Below are positions 20,319 through 30,990 of a stretch of 64,000 nt of DNA, one piece after another. This stretch comes from an uncultured delta proteobacterium (GTDB lineage Bacteria; Desulfobacterota; Binatia; UBA9968). The notes under the pieces are model-generated. The model saw only the letters and a list, made by a program, of their open reading frames with translations, was not told where the DNA came from and made no database searches. The stretch lies in NCBI GenBank assembly GCA_963728565.1, contig CAVSLC010000023.1:128001-192000 (forward strand), written 5' to 3'. The position numbers and the translations under genes were made by a program. Numbering within the stretch: the stretch's first letter is position 1; each line of letters opens with the position of its first letter.

Positions 20319-22913
20319 ATGGAATCGCGTTACCAACCCAGAGAAATCGAAGAGAAGTGGCAGAAATTCTGGGAGGAAAATAAATCCTTTCAAGCTGCCG
20401 AAGAGCAGGGAAAACCTAAGTATTACGTGCTTGAGATGTTTCCTTATCCTTCGGGCCGTATTCACATGGGCCATGTGCGCAATTATTCCATCGGTGATGT
20501 GGTTGCTCGTTACAAGCGCATGCGCGGATACAACGTGCTTCATCCCATGGGGTGGGATGCCTTCGGCCTTCCCGCGGAGAATGCTGCCATCGAACGGGGA
20601 ATTCATCCCGAAAAGTGGACTCAAGAGAACATCTTGTACATGAAAGCGCAGCTCAAGCGTATGGGCCTGTCCTACGATTGGTCGCGTGAGATTGCCACTT
20701 GCCATCCCGAATATTACCGCTGGAACCAATGGATATTTCTACAGTTCTATAAACGCGGGCTGGCATACAAGAAGAGTTCTTTAGTTAATTGGTGTCCTTC
20801 CTGCGAAACGGTCCTCGCTAATGAACAGGTGATTGAAGGCGTTTGTTGGCGCTGTGAATCGACAGTGACTCAGAAAGAATTGGATCAATGGTTTTTTCGC
20901 ATTACCGAGTACGCCGAGGAGCTGTTACAAGATCTCGAACGACTACCTGGTTGGCCCGAGAAAGTTCTGCTCATGCAGCGCAATTGGATCGGCAAATCCG
21001 TCGGCGCAGAAATCATCTTTCCGCTCGTCGGGCGTGCAGAAACGCTGAAAGTTTTCACCACTCGTCCTGACACCGTATTTGGCGCCACGTTTATCTCGCT
21101 TGCGGTTGAGCATCCTTTGGCTTTGAAGCTTTCTCAAGGGCTACCACAAGAAGATGCTGTTCGAGAATTTACCGACAGAATAAAACAGCAGAAGTCGACG
21201 GGGCGCGGCAGTGAAGAAGGTGAAAAGGAAGGAATCTTCACCGGAGCGTACTGCACGAATCCCTTCACCGGTGAAAATATTCCGATTTATCTTGCGAACT
21301 TTGTGTTGATGGAGTACGGCACAGGCGCCGTCATGGCGGTGCCTGCCCACGATCAAAGGGATTTCGAATTCGCCCGCAAATATGGATTGCCGATCCGCGT
21401 TGTGATTCAACCCGCGGGCAGCGTTCTGCGCGCCGAAGATTTGACCGAAGCGTATGTTGATGAAGGCATGATGGTCAATAGCGGGCCGTTTAGCGGTTTA
21501 AGCAACATCGACGGAAAAGAAAAAATTGCCGAACATCTCGAGAAAGAGGGATGGGGTAAAAAGGCCATTCGCTACCGCCTGCGCGATTGGGGTGTGTCGC
21601 GGCAACGTTATTGGGGAACGCCGATTCCGATTATCTACTGTGAGCGTTGTGGCGTCATGCCCGTGCCTGAAGATCAGCTGCCTGTTACCCTTCCCATCGA
21701 TGTGCCGTTTACCGGCAAGGGCCGCTCTCCGCTTGCTGCCAGTAAAAATTTTACTGATGTTCAGTGCCCCCAATGCGGTGTCGCCGCTCGTCGCGAAACC
21801 GACACCATGGATACTTTTGTTGATTCGTCCTGGTATTACTTGCGTTACGCTTCTCCGAGAACGATTACTGCTCCCTTTGATGCTAAACAGGCCGAGTACT
21901 GGATGGCGGTGGATCAATATATCGGCGGTGTCGAGCATGCCGTGCTGCACCTGCTCTATGCTCGGTTCTTTACCAAAGCTCTGAGGGATGTTGGGCTTGC
22001 CAAAATGGACGAGCCTTTTACCAATCTTCTTACCCAAGGAATGGTTTGTAAAGAAACCTATCGCTGCCTGGAGCATAATTGGCTCCTGCCCACCGAACTT
22101 GCCGGTTCGGAAAAGGATGGATGGCGCTGCCCTCATTGCACACGGCCGGTCGAAAAGGGCCGCGTTGAAAAAATGTCCAAGTCGAAGAAAAACATCGTCG
22201 ATCCGGAAGAACTTGTCGCAGCCTACGGCGCCGACACGGCTCGGCTATTCACCTTGTTTGCGGCTCCTCCCGAAAAGGATCTTGAATGGAGCGATCAAGG
22301 AGTAGAGGGGGCGTCTCGGTTTCTAAGTCGGCTGTGGCGCTTTGTTTCACAGCATCGAGAAATGCTGCTTGTTGACGATGCCGATTTGGGACAGGTCAAC
22401 GGAGCCGCTGAGCTCCGTGACCTCCGTCGCATGATCCACCGGACGATCAAGAAGGTCACGGATGATATCGATGGAAGATTTCACTTCAATACCGCGATTG
22501 CGGCTATCATGGAGCTCTTTAACGCGCTCAGTATTGCCGCGAGCCCGGACGGAGGACGCTTGGCTGCGCCGGTGATCCGGACCGGCATGGAAACGATCAT
22601 CCTGCTTCTCTATCCATTCGTACCGCACTTGATGAGCGAACTCTGGCAAAACATCAACAAAAGCCAGCCACTGGATCACAAACCCTGGCCGGAGTATTCA
22701 CCGGAGGCGCTCGAAGAAGAGCAACTTCTTATCGTCTTGCAAGTCAACGGCAAAGTGCGCGGTAAAATGACCGTTCCTGCCGATATCCAAAGAGATCAAG
22801 TTGAGAGTGACGCTCTGGCAGAGCCAAGGGTTAAAGCTTTTATCGGCGGGAAAAAGGTCCAGCGGATCGTTTACGTACCGCGGAGGCTGGTCAACATTGT
22901 CTTGGAGGGATGA
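20319..22913 (+). CDS. leuS: Leucine-tRNA ligase
   Basis: [40 protein letters not shown]. Confidence 0.98.
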   Translation: MESRYQPREIEEKWQKFWEENKSFQAAEEQGKPKYYVLEMFPYPSGRIHMGHVRNYSIGDVVARYKRMRGYNVLHPMGWDAFGLPAENAAIERGIHPEKWTQENILYMKAQLKRMGLSYDWSREIATCHPEYYRWNQWIFLQFYKRGLAYKKSSLVNWCPSCETVLANEQVIEGVCWRCESTVTQKELDQWFFRITEYAEELLQDLERLPGWPEKVLLMQRNWIGKSVGAEIIFPLVGRAETLKVFTTRPDTVFGATFISLAVEHPLALKLSQGLPQEDAVREFTDRIKQQKSTGRGSEEGEKEGIFTGAYCTNPFTGENIPIYLANFVLMEYGTGAVMAVPAHDQRDFEFARKYGLPIRVVIQPAGSVLRAEDLTEAYVDEGMMVNSGPFSGLSNIDGKEKIAEHLEKEGWGKKAIRYRLRDWGVSRQRYWGTPIPIIYCERCGVMPVPEDQLPVTLPIDVPFTGKGRSPLAASKNFTDVQCPQCGVAARRETDTMDTFVDSSWYYLRYASPRTITAPFDAKQAEYWMAVDQYIGGVEHAVLHLLYARFFTKALRDVGLAKMDEPFTNLLTQGMVCKETYRCLEHNWLLPTELAGSEKDGWRCPHCTRPVEKGRVEKMSKSKKNIVDPEELVAAYGADTARLFTLFAAPPEKDLEWSDQGVEGASRFLSRLWRFVSQHREMLLVDDADLGQVNGAAELRDLRRMIHRTIKKVTDDIDGRFHFNTAIAAIMELFNALSIAASPDGGRLAAPVIRTGMETIILLLYPFVPHLMSELWQNINKSQPLDHKPWPEYSPEALEEEQLLIVLQVNGKVRGKMTVPADIQRDQVESDALAEPRVKAFIGGKKVQRIVYVPRRLVNIVLEG

Positions 22914-22940
22914 GGCTTGAGAAATACTCTGCGGCAAACT

Positions 22941-23540
22941 ATGAAACGGGCAAGTGCGTTAACCACCCTCGGTTACCTTTGTGCCGTTCTGTTAATGGCT
23001 GGCTGCGGCTATTCATTTGCCGGACGAAGCGAGGCGTTTCCGAACGACATCCGGACGGTTTACATTGAACCGTTCATCAATCAAACGCGCAATGTCGGTC
23101 TGGAGAAAGAACTAACCTCGGCACTGCGTAGCGAATTTTACCGGCGCGGGCAACTCCGTGTGGTTGATACGCTTGATCAAGCCGACGGGATTGTTGCGGG
23201 AGTCGTGCGCTCGTTTGACAGCCATGTTGCTTCAGTTAACCGCTATGACGAGGTGCTGCAGTATGAAACGGCCATGGTTGTCGATGCATCGCTGCGTCGT
23301 CGAGAGCCAAATGAAATTATCTGGCGAACTCAGGGCACGCGCCTGACGGATATCTCTGGCGGCTCCCGGGCCGCGGTAGTGACCAGCTCCTCGGAATTCA
23401 AAACCAGGACGTTGAACGCGTCGGACGTTCGTCGGCTGACTGATATCCAATTGACCGAGACAGAAAACCGCGCGGTGCGGGGACAGCTAGTCGAGCGTTT
23501 TGCGCGAGAGCTGCATCAAAGATTGATGGAGATGTTCTGA
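22941..23540 (+). CDS. lptE: LPS assembly lipoprotein LptE-like
   Basis: Lipobox LMAGCGY, 'IRTVYIEPFINQT' pattern, conserved position after leuS. Confidence 0.8.
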   Translation: MKRASALTTLGYLCAVLLMAGCGYSFAGRSEAFPNDIRTVYIEPFINQTRNVGLEKELTSALRSEFYRRGQLRVVDTLDQADGIVAGVVRSFDSHVASVNRYDEVLQYETAMVVDASLRRREPNEIIWRTQGTRLTDISGGSRAAVVTSSSEFKTRTLNASDVRRLTDIQLTETENRAVRGQLVERFARELHQRLMEMF

Positions 23541-23588
23541 CGCCGACAGTCCCGTGGCCGCATTCGACGGCTAGCCAGGGTACGCTGG

Positions 23589-23861
23589 CTATGCAGACGG
23601 GGAAGTACGAGCGGCCGCCCGTGCCAACCGGGAAAGCCAGCGTGATGCGGTATTTCGATTGATGATTCCCTTGCTCACCGCCTTACCGAGTGCCTTATTG
23701 ACGGCTTTAATATCAGCACCTTGGGAATCAGGTGTTTGAGTTGAGACTGCTTGGCGCGCTTTTTTGATCAAGGTTCTCACCTTGGATCTCGTCTCCTGGT
23801 TTCTTGCCTTTCGTTTCAGACTTTGCCTGTGTCTTTTAATTACCGACGGATGAACTGCCAA
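23589..23861 (-). CDS. rpsT: 30S ribosomal protein S20
   Basis: TTG start with SD AGGAGG; HPSVIKRHRQSLKRKARN..RSKVRTLIKK...KGIINRNTASR. Confidence 0.93.
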   Translation of the reverse strand: MAVHPSVIKRHRQSLKRKARNQETRSKVRTLIKKARQAVSTQTPDSQGADIKAVNKALGKAVSKGIINRNTASRWLSRLARAAARTSPSA

Positions 23862-23919
23862 AGCTAGCCTCCTAAATAATGTTTCCATTTACCTATCATC
23901 TTGGGTTATCGGAGTCAAT

Positions 23920-25587
23920 TTGAACGAGGAAGCCGGGAAATTAACGCGGGCCGCCGGAGTGGTAGGCTTTTTCACCTTGCTCAGCCGAATCTCGGGTTTG
24001 TTGCGCGATGTTGTTATCGGCTTTCTCTTCGGCGCGCAGGGTGCCGCGGATGCCTACTTCGTCGCCTTCAGAATTCCCAATCTTTTGCGGCGGCTTACAG
24101 CGGAAGGCGCTTTGACCGTAGCCTTTATACCGGTCTTTACCAACTACCTGGCCAAAGAAGGAAAGACCGAGGCGATTAAAGTTACGCAAATTGTATTTAC
24201 TTTTTTAGCTATATTTCTTGCTTTGATTACATTGTTGGGGGTCGTTTTTGCCCGCCCTCTCACTCAATTCTTCGCGCCCGGTTTTGTCCAGGAGCCTGAG
24301 AAATTTGAAATGGCGGTATCGCTGACCCGTTGGATGTTTCCCTATATCTTTTTCGTCAGTCTGGTTGCTTTGGCCATGGGAGTACTCAACGCGCTGCGCC
24401 ATTTCATGGCGCCAGCGATGTCGCCCGTTCTATTCAACCTCTGCAATATCGTCTGCGCAATTCTGTTTTACCCGTTGCTGGATGAACCGATCCTTGGACT
24501 GGCGTTCGGAGTTCTGATCGGTGGAGCGGCGCAGCTTTTATTTCAGATACCTTATTTGCTGAAACAAGGTATTCATTTGCGGTTTAATTTCAATTTAAAA
24601 CACCCGGGATTGGGTCGCCTGTTGTATCTGATGGGACCCGCGGCGTTCGGCGCGGCGGTGTATCAAATCAACGTTCTGGTTAGCACTATGCTGGCTTCCT
24701 TTTTGCCAAGCGGAAGCGTTTCGTATCTGTATTATGCAGACCGATTTTTAGAGTTTCCGGTGGGAATTTTTGCTATAGCCCTGGGCACGGCAGCCCTCCC
24801 CAGCTTTTCCACATTGGTGGTTACGGGTAACGTCAAAGAGCTTCGCGCGACGCTGGCGTACGCGCTCAGAATCGTTAATTTCATTTGTTTACCCGCGACA
24901 GCCGGGTTAGCTGTCCTGGCGGTTCCGCTATTCGCGATCTTTTTTCAACGAGGCGCGTTCGATTCGACCGCCACGCTGAACTCGGCTCAAGCCCTTGTTT
25001 TTTTTTCATTCGGCCTCTGGAGTATCTCAGGAACGAAGTTAGTCGCGCCAATGTTCTATGCAATGGAGGACACTAAAACCCCGGTATTTGTTGGAATCAT
25101 AGCGTTTGTCATAAACCTCGTTGCCAGTCTTGCGCTGATGGGTGAGATCAATGTCGACGGCAATTCCGCCGGCGTGATAACCCAAATGATCGCTTCGGCA
25201 TCAGTTTACATCGGTTTAGTTTCGTTGGGTCACGGCGGCCTTGCGTTAGCGACGACAATTTCCTCCTTATGCAACTTCTTTATCTTGCTGCTTATCCTGC
25301 ATAGGCGGCTAGAAGGAATTCCTCTACGAGAGGTCGCCCACTCCTTTCTGCGGAATCTCGTCAGTACCTTGCTTATGGCGACACCGCTTTTTTGGCTTGC
25401 TGGTAAAGTTGACTGGACAGGCAGCGGAATCGCCGTTTATTCGAAAGCGTTGATTCTGGCTTGCCTGATTGGTCTCGGAATATCATTGTATCTCGGGCTC
25501 AGCTATCTGCTTAGGAGTACTGAATGGCAGATTTTGGATCAATTCCGGCGCGCGGCGCAGTCGCGCCTGCGCGAGGCTGACTCGTAA
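23920..25587 (+). CDS. murJ: Lipid II flippase MurJ
   Basis: LSRISGLLRD, DAYFVAFRIPNLLRRL.AEGA, YLYYADRFLEFP; divergent from rpsT as is typical. Confidence 0.96.
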   Translation: MNEEAGKLTRAAGVVGFFTLLSRISGLLRDVVIGFLFGAQGAADAYFVAFRIPNLLRRLTAEGALTVAFIPVFTNYLAKEGKTEAIKVTQIVFTFLAIFLALITLLGVVFARPLTQFFAPGFVQEPEKFEMAVSLTRWMFPYIFFVSLVALAMGVLNALRHFMAPAMSPVLFNLCNIVCAILFYPLLDEPILGLAFGVLIGGAAQLLFQIPYLLKQGIHLRFNFNLKHPGLGRLLYLMGPAAFGAAVYQINVLVSTMLASFLPSGSVSYLYYADRFLEFPVGIFAIALGTAALPSFSTLVVTGNVKELRATLAYALRIVNFICLPATAGLAVLAVPLFAIFFQRGAFDSTATLNSAQALVFFSFGLWSISGTKLVAPMFYAMEDTKTPVFVGIIAFVINLVASLALMGEINVDGNSAGVITQMIASASVYIGLVSLGHGGLALATTISSLCNFFILLLILHRRLEGIPLREVAHSFLRNLVSTLLMATPLFWLAGKVDWTGSGIAVYSKALILACLIGLGISLYLGLSYLLRSTEWQILDQFRRAAQSRLREADS

Positions 25588-26040
25588 ACATGGACCGAAC
25601 TAGGGGAAAGACTGCTGTCAAACCGGGCATTCTGCTAGGATCCCCAATCTTTCGCCGGTACACGCTGGTTCTCGATCGGTTATCAACAGCTTATGCACAC
25701 GAACTGTGATCAACATCATTCCTGGGATCCAAATTCGCGGGCCATTGGCTGGCTCGTATGGGGACTCGCTACTGCCTACACAAAGATAGCTTTTGGTTTG
25801 ACTGATCTCCGGCACAATATCTCTGCTGCTTTGAACGGAGAGCTGGCCAACGTATGAAGAGCGAGTGAAATGTTGTGCGCAGCAATTCTTGATGCAAGTC
25901 GCTCTCTTCTGTAATCGTTTACCATAGCGGCGCGCCCTCTCGAAGAGTTCAAAAGCCTTGCATCCACGACTGAGTTATGTAATAAAATTTACTTAGTTAA
26001 ACGTTTTTTGTAGATGTGTGACGGGAAAGGAGGTGAACTA

Positions 26041-26289
26041 ATGATCGGTAAGAAAATTGTTCTAATGTCAGGGATATCCCTCTTTACTTTGACTCTCGCA
26101 ATTGCAGGGTGCGGCAAGAAAGAAGAGCCGGCTCCACCGCCGCCTCCGCCTCCACCAGCTGCAGAGCCAGCACCGGCGCCAGCTCCGGCGGAACCGGCAC
26201 CAGCGACGCCGACACCGGGTGGCGATGCAGGGGCTCCAGCCACTAGTGAAAAAGCTCCTGTAACGAAGGACGAGGCGAAAACCAAGTAA
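26041..26289 (+). CDS. Small Pro/Ala-rich lipoprotein
   Basis: Strong SD AAAGGAGGTGA, lipobox IAGC, then GKKEEPAPPPPPPPPAAEPAPAPAP; followed by a terminator. Confidence 0.8.
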   Translation: MIGKKIVLMSGISLFTLTLAIAGCGKKEEPAPPPPPPPPAAEPAPAPAPAEPAPATPTPGGDAGAPATSEKAPVTKDEAKTK

Positions 26290-26318
26290 GGTTCTAACCC
26301 TCAGGTTATTTGCCAACC

Positions 26319-26352
26319 AAAAAGGGGAAGGGTAATTATCCTTCCCCTTTTT
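26319..26352 (+). terminator. Intrinsic terminator (bidirectional-type)
   Basis: AAAAAGGGGAAGG-loop-CCTTCCCCTTTTT. Confidence 0.85.
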
Positions 26353-26375
26353 GCAATTTGCGCCGTGGAAGGCCC

Positions 26376-27104
26376 GTGGTATCGGATAGTTATTTAACTT
26401 TTACGGAGCATCTTGAAGAGCTTCGTTGGTGCTTGCTAAGGGCGTTGGCTGCGGTTGTTGTCGCTTCACTGGCCTGCTATTTTTTCGCCGATGCGATCTT
26501 TGCGGTTATGGTGGATCCGCTCAAGCAAATTCTGCCTCCCGGCCAAAATCTAATTGGTACTACCGTCACCGAAGCCTTTTTCACTGAAATAAAAGTCTCG
26601 TTTTTAGCGGGCGTGCTTTTTTCCTCTCCTTTCGTTTTTTACGAAGTCTGGCGTTTCATCAGACCGGGCCTAATCGGCAACGAGAGCAGATTAGTCATCC
26701 CGTTTGTTCTGTGTGCGACTTTATTCTTTCTCGGCGGCGCGTATTTCTGTTACCGAATTGTCCTTCCAGTGGCGTTTTCGTATTTTATCGAACAGTACGG
26801 CACTTTGGGAGTTACGCCGGCAATCCGCCTAGGCGAGTACTTCACTTTTTTTTTTCGTATGGTGCTGGCCTTCGGAATCACCTTCGAGTTGCCAATTATC
26901 ACATTTGTTCTCGTCCGGTTGGGAGTCTGGGATCACCGCTTCATGCGACGGTCCTTTCGTTATGCGGTTATTGTGATATTCATACTGGCTGCGTTTTTAA
27001 CACCGACGCCGGATATCATTAATCAATTGTTGTTAGCCGTACCAATGCTGCTGCTATACATTCTCAGTATAGGTGTCGCGTATATCTGGCGTAAATCTGA
27101 GTGA
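26376..27104 (+). CDS. tatC: Twin-arginine translocase subunit TatC
   Basis: EHLEELR, YEVWRFIRPGL, FGITFELP, AAFLTPTPD..Q.LLA.PM..LY. Confidence 0.95.
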   Translation: MVSDSYLTFTEHLEELRWCLLRALAAVVVASLACYFFADAIFAVMVDPLKQILPPGQNLIGTTVTEAFFTEIKVSFLAGVLFSSPFVFYEVWRFIRPGLIGNESRLVIPFVLCATLFFLGGAYFCYRIVLPVAFSYFIEQYGTLGVTPAIRLGEYFTFFFRMVLAFGITFELPIITFVLVRLGVWDHRFMRRSFRYAVIVIFILAAFLTPTPDIINQLLLAVPMLLLYILSIGVAYIWRKSE

Positions 27105-27138
27105 GCTTGTTTATCAGTCAAAAGGACGAGGAGGATTG

Positions 27139-29262
27139 ATGGTTGCATTTGTTATCGCCGTAAGCTTTTTGTCGCTGGTATTCGCTATCTATCTGGCGCG
27201 TTGGGTGCTGGCGCGCGACACCGGTACCCCGAAGATGCGGGAGATATCCGATGCCATCAAGGAAGGCGCTGAAGCTTTTCTCTCGCGGCAGAATCGGACG
27301 ATTATATTGATGTCCGCTGTTTTGGCCGCGGTGATCTTTTTTCTGTACGCATATGTTCGCGCGCCCAGTCCGGCAGATCCGGTCGCGCCCGTACAAATGG
27401 CCTTTTGGACGACTTTTTCTTTCGTTCTCGGGGCTCTTTGTTCGGTGATTGCCGGTTACATCGGCATGTGGGTGTCAATTCGCGCGAATATCCGAACCGC
27501 TTCGGCTGTCCGCACTAGTCTCAACGAAGGCCTGCGCATCGCAATGCGCGGCGGCGCTGTGTCAGGCTTATTTGTCGTTGCTATGAGTCTGCTCGGTGTC
27601 GGCGGCCTCTACGCGCTGCTCGAGTTCCTTGGGCACGACCCGCAGAAGATTCCATTCACGATTGTCGGATACGGCTTTGGCGCATCGTTTGTCGCGCTTT
27701 TTGCTCAACTCGGCGGCGGCATTTACACCAAGGCAGCGGATGTCGGCGCGGATTTGGTCGGCAAAGTAGAAGCCGGCATCCCTGAGGACGATCCGCGTAA
27801 CCCAGCCGTTATCGCAGACCTGGTTGGCGACAATGTCGGGGACTGCGCCGGCCGTGGTGCTGATTTGTTCGAATCCACCGCGGCGGAGAATATCGGCGCG
27901 ATGATTCTCGGCGTGGGGCTCTATCCCTACTTCGGCATCAAAGGAATCGTTTTTCCGTTGGTGGCGCGCGCCCTTGGTCTCCTCGCCTCGATCGTCGGTA
28001 TCATGATCGTTAAAACAGATGAGAACGGCGACCCGATGCACGCTTTGAACCGGGGATATTACGTAACCAGCGGGTTAGCGATGGTTGGCTTTTTCGTTTG
28101 CGCTCAATGGCTTCTAGCTGTCGATCCAGCGAAGTATCCAGAAGCCCAGTCCGCGTGGTTTTACTTTTTTCTCTGCGGCGTCATCGGCATTCTGATGGCG
28201 CAAGCTTTCGTCTATATAACGCAGTACTATACTGAATATAAATATCGTCCGGTGAGAGAAATCGCCGAGGCCTCTCAAACCGGACCGGCAACAAACATTA
28301 TCGCGGGAATCGCGGTTGGCTTTGAGTGTGTAGCGGCGCCGGTAGTCGTCATTTCGGTAGCGATTATTGCTTCCTATTATTTGGGGCTGAATAGCGGAGT
28401 TAAAAATGCGGGCCTTTTCGGCACCGCGGTTGCCACTATGGGAATGCTTGGAACGGCGGCATATATTCTTGCAATGGACACCTTCGGTCCGATCACCGAC
28501 AACGCCGGCGGTATCGTGGAAATGAGCGGCCAGGCCGAGGATGTTCGCCGTAAAACCGACAGGCTCGACGCGGTGGGAAATACCACTAAGGCGTTGACTA
28601 AGGGTTATGCTATAGGATCAGCGGCTCTTGCGGCGTTCCTGCTATTTTCCGCTTATCTCGACGAAGTGGCTCACTATGGTCATCCGCTCGAAGCGGTCAA
28701 CATAGCCAAGCCGGAAGTATTTGTCGGCGCACTGCTCGGGGCAATGCTGGTTTTTCTTTTTTCCGCGTACGCGATCCGGGCAGTCGGCAAAGCCGCGTAT
28801 TACGTTATCAACGAGGTTCGGCGCCAGTTCAAAGAAAATCCAGGCATACTTCAGGGCACGGTAAAACCTGATTATCGTCGCTGTGTCGATATCGTTACGG
28901 TGGGTGCGCTGAAACAGATGATCCTTCCCGGCGTGGTCGCGGTGACGATGCCAATTGGCGTCGGCTTACTGTTCCGCTCTTTCGGCGTCGGTGCCGAGGC
29001 GGTCGCGGCATTTCTAATGGTAGGCACCATCGCCGGTATTCTCGTCGCTACCTTTCTCAACAATAGTGGCGGAGCCTGGGACAATGCCAAGAAATATATC
29101 GAAACCGGTGCCTACGGCGGCAAGGGATCGGAACCACATAAAGCCGCGGTGGTTGGAGACACGTTAGGTGATCCTTTTAAAGATACTGCGGGTCCCAGTT
29201 TGCACGTGCTGATCAAATTATTGGCGACAATTACGCTCGTGTTGGCGCCGCTTTTCGTGTAA
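27139..29262 (+). CDS. hppA: Membrane-bound H+-translocating pyrophosphatase, probably K+-independent
   Basis: GGGIYTKAADVGADLVGKVE, IPEDDPRNP, DNVGDC; GNTTKA has Lys at the K+-dependence determinant. Confidence 0.93.
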   Translation: MVAFVIAVSFLSLVFAIYLARWVLARDTGTPKMREISDAIKEGAEAFLSRQNRTIILMSAVLAAVIFFLYAYVRAPSPADPVAPVQMAFWTTFSFVLGALCSVIAGYIGMWVSIRANIRTASAVRTSLNEGLRIAMRGGAVSGLFVVAMSLLGVGGLYALLEFLGHDPQKIPFTIVGYGFGASFVALFAQLGGGIYTKAADVGADLVGKVEAGIPEDDPRNPAVIADLVGDNVGDCAGRGADLFESTAAENIGAMILGVGLYPYFGIKGIVFPLVARALGLLASIVGIMIVKTDENGDPMHALNRGYYVTSGLAMVGFFVCAQWLLAVDPAKYPEAQSAWFYFFLCGVIGILMAQAFVYITQYYTEYKYRPVREIAEASQTGPATNIIAGIAVGFECVAAPVVVISVAIIASYYLGLNSGVKNAGLFGTAVATMGMLGTAAYILAMDTFGPITDNAGGIVEMSGQAEDVRRKTDRLDAVGNTTKALTKGYAIGSAALAAFLLFSAYLDEVAHYGHPLEAVNIAKPEVFVGALLGAMLVFLFSAYAIRAVGKAAYYVINEVRRQFKENPGILQGTVKPDYRRCVDIVTVGALKQMILPGVVAVTMPIGVGLLFRSFGVGAEAVAAFLMVGTIAGILVATFLNNSGGAWDNAKKYIETGAYGGKGSEPHKAAVVGDTLGDPFKDTAGPSLHVLIKLLATITLVLAPLFV

Positions 29263-29338
29263 GCGGCTGGTTTGAAACTTTCTCGTTAGACGTTGTTGAT
29301 CGAGATGGCAGAATATTTTGAGCGATGGTTTTTTTACC

Positions 29339-29428
29339 GCCCGGATGGTGGAATTTGGTAGACACACGGGACTTAAAATCCCGAGGACCGAAAGGTCCGT
29401 GCCGGTTCGAGTCCGGCTCCGGGCACCA
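29339..29428 (+). tRNA. tRNA-Leu (anticodon TAA)
   Basis: Acceptor GCCCGGA/TCCGGGC, anticodon arm CGGGA-CTTAAAA-TCCCG, long variable arm GGACC-GAAA-GGTCC, T-loop GGTTCGAGT, encoded CCA. Confidence 0.97.
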
Positions 29429-29599
29429 CGCGAGCCTGGCTAGAGCATCCGCGGTTCAGCCCAGTCGAGGTTTTGTGTGGTGAAACCTGTGGCCGGTGCA
29501 TCTAGCACCGGGCTACCAGCCACCGGGAACTAGAAGTAAGTTAGTGCTGATGATGCGTGCTTTGAACTTGTAGAGTGGTGAAAAGGAGGTAGTTTCATC

Positions 29600-29836
29600 A
29601 TGCCTCAGTATGAAATCCACGTACTGTGCAGTGAATGTGGTGCCGAACATCCAATGCGTGTTCGCCTGCACCTCGATGACGGTCCAGCCGATAAGCGCAG
29701 TATCAGTGAAACTTACAAGGGAAGAAACCAGCCTCCTCAGCTTCTCGCCGTTGGCGGCCATAAAACTTTGTGCCTAAAGACGGGTAGGATGTTTGTACAG
29801 GAAAATGAGGACCAAATCTTCCTCATACCTCGATAA
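29600..29836 (+). CDS. Small hypothetical protein with CxxC...H and a distal Cys (possible metal binding)
   Basis: SD AAGGAGG; MPQYEIHVLCSECGAEHP...HKTLCLKTG. Confidence 0.65.
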   Translation: MPQYEIHVLCSECGAEHPMRVRLHLDDGPADKRSISETYKGRNQPPQLLAVGGHKTLCLKTGRMFVQENEDQIFLIPR

Positions 29837-30040
29837 GTTGCAGTCTCTAACAAAAGGCTGTACGATTTTCCCGCTCATGGGACAAATAGCGCCCTCCCGT
29901 TGCAGTCTGTATACAATAAACTTAGGACTTGCTCTATTTCCCACGCTTTTTAAGCCGCGGGCGTGGCATATGATTTGCCCCTCGATTCTTGGATTCTGAC
30001 ATGTAAAGATCGTCGCGATCAAATCACTAGGAGGTTTTCT

Positions 30041-30511
30041 ATGAACGAAGATGTTTTCTCAGGAAAATGGCGAGAAATGCGCGGCACGTTACGATCTTGG
30101 TGGGGCCGGCTCAGCGACGATGATCTAGAGAGAATCGGCGGAGAAAAAGATAAGCTGATAGGCTTGGTACAAGAAAAGTACGGCCAAACTCGTGAGCAGG
30201 CGGAAAGAGAAGTCGATCGTCGCCTTTCCGAGTACGGAACCGGCGCCGGTGGTATAGGTTCCAATGTGAGAGCTCGAGTTGACGAATTGGGAGCCGCCGT
30301 GTCCAACAAAGCCGGTGAGGCGGCGGGGGCGATGGCTAGCCGAGTGCAATCTGCTCGGTCTTATTTGCAGGAGCGAGATTTTGATGAATTGACCGGTGAG
30401 ATAGCCGCATGGGTTCGTCGCTATCCAATTCAATCCTGTTTGATCGGCATCGGTTTGGGCTACTTGATAGCGCGTAGTATTGGCGGCGGTGGTCGATCCT
30501 ATGACGAATAA
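30041..30511 (+). CDS. CsbD-family stress protein with ElaB/YqjD-like C-terminal membrane anchor
   Basis: MNEDVFSGKWREMRG...WGRLSDDDL..I.G..DKLIG.VQEKYG (CsbD/YjbJ); tail VRRYPIQSCLIGIGLGYLIAR. Confidence 0.8.
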   Translation: MNEDVFSGKWREMRGTLRSWWGRLSDDDLERIGGEKDKLIGLVQEKYGQTREQAEREVDRRLSEYGTGAGGIGSNVRARVDELGAAVSNKAGEAAGAMASRVQSARSYLQERDFDELTGEIAAWVRRYPIQSCLIGIGLGYLIARSIGGGGRSYDE

Positions 30512-30576
30512 AGTTGATTGTGCATTCGAGATTAGGGCGGACTGATCATCCGCTCCGGAACGTTGTCATCCACTGT

Positions 30577-30612
30577 AAAATGCCCCGATCGCCCCTGCGC
30601 CGGGGCATTTTT
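30577..30612 (+). terminator. Intrinsic terminator after the csbD-like gene
   Basis: AAAATGCCCCG...CGGGGCATTTTT. Confidence 0.75.
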
Positions 30613-30990
30613 GTGAGTTGTATGGCTTTGGGCGGATCAATAAATCGAAAACCAACCCGTCGCGAACAAAAACTTGGAACCGACGCGCTAAAATCCTTCG
30701 ATAATACGAAAATCGTAAGCTGTCATAAAAGAACTGGTTGAGCCAAGTTCAATCTACAATGGCTCGAACGATCGACCTCTAAGTAATCCCCTACAATCTT
30801 TCAAAATTACAGGCGATGTGTCATTAGACAGGAACAACATGATGCATCGCATAGTGCCAAAGCAAGAAGTGCCGAGTAGAGGAGCCGGGTCCCATGTGAA
30901 CGGTTTAGCCTTCCCATACCAAAGTACGTAGAAAAATAAACCGAAGAATGAGCGCTAGACTCAAAGATTTGCACATGACGGGAGGTATCT

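Noticed and set aside
23541-23588. holA missing between lptE and rpsT (likewise nadK/recN after tlyA)
   Set aside because: Relocation of these genes is common and cannot be judged from one window.
26130-26230. CCG/GCA-rich repeats as a CRISPR array or VNTR
   Set aside because: They are the codons of the Pro/Ala-rich lipoprotein. No repeat-spacer structure or cas genes were seen anywhere in the window.
30740-30990. TPP or cobalamin riboswitch upstream of the oxidoreductase/ThDP genes
   Set aside because: TPP core motifs (CTGAGA, ACCTGA) and a B12 box are not present.
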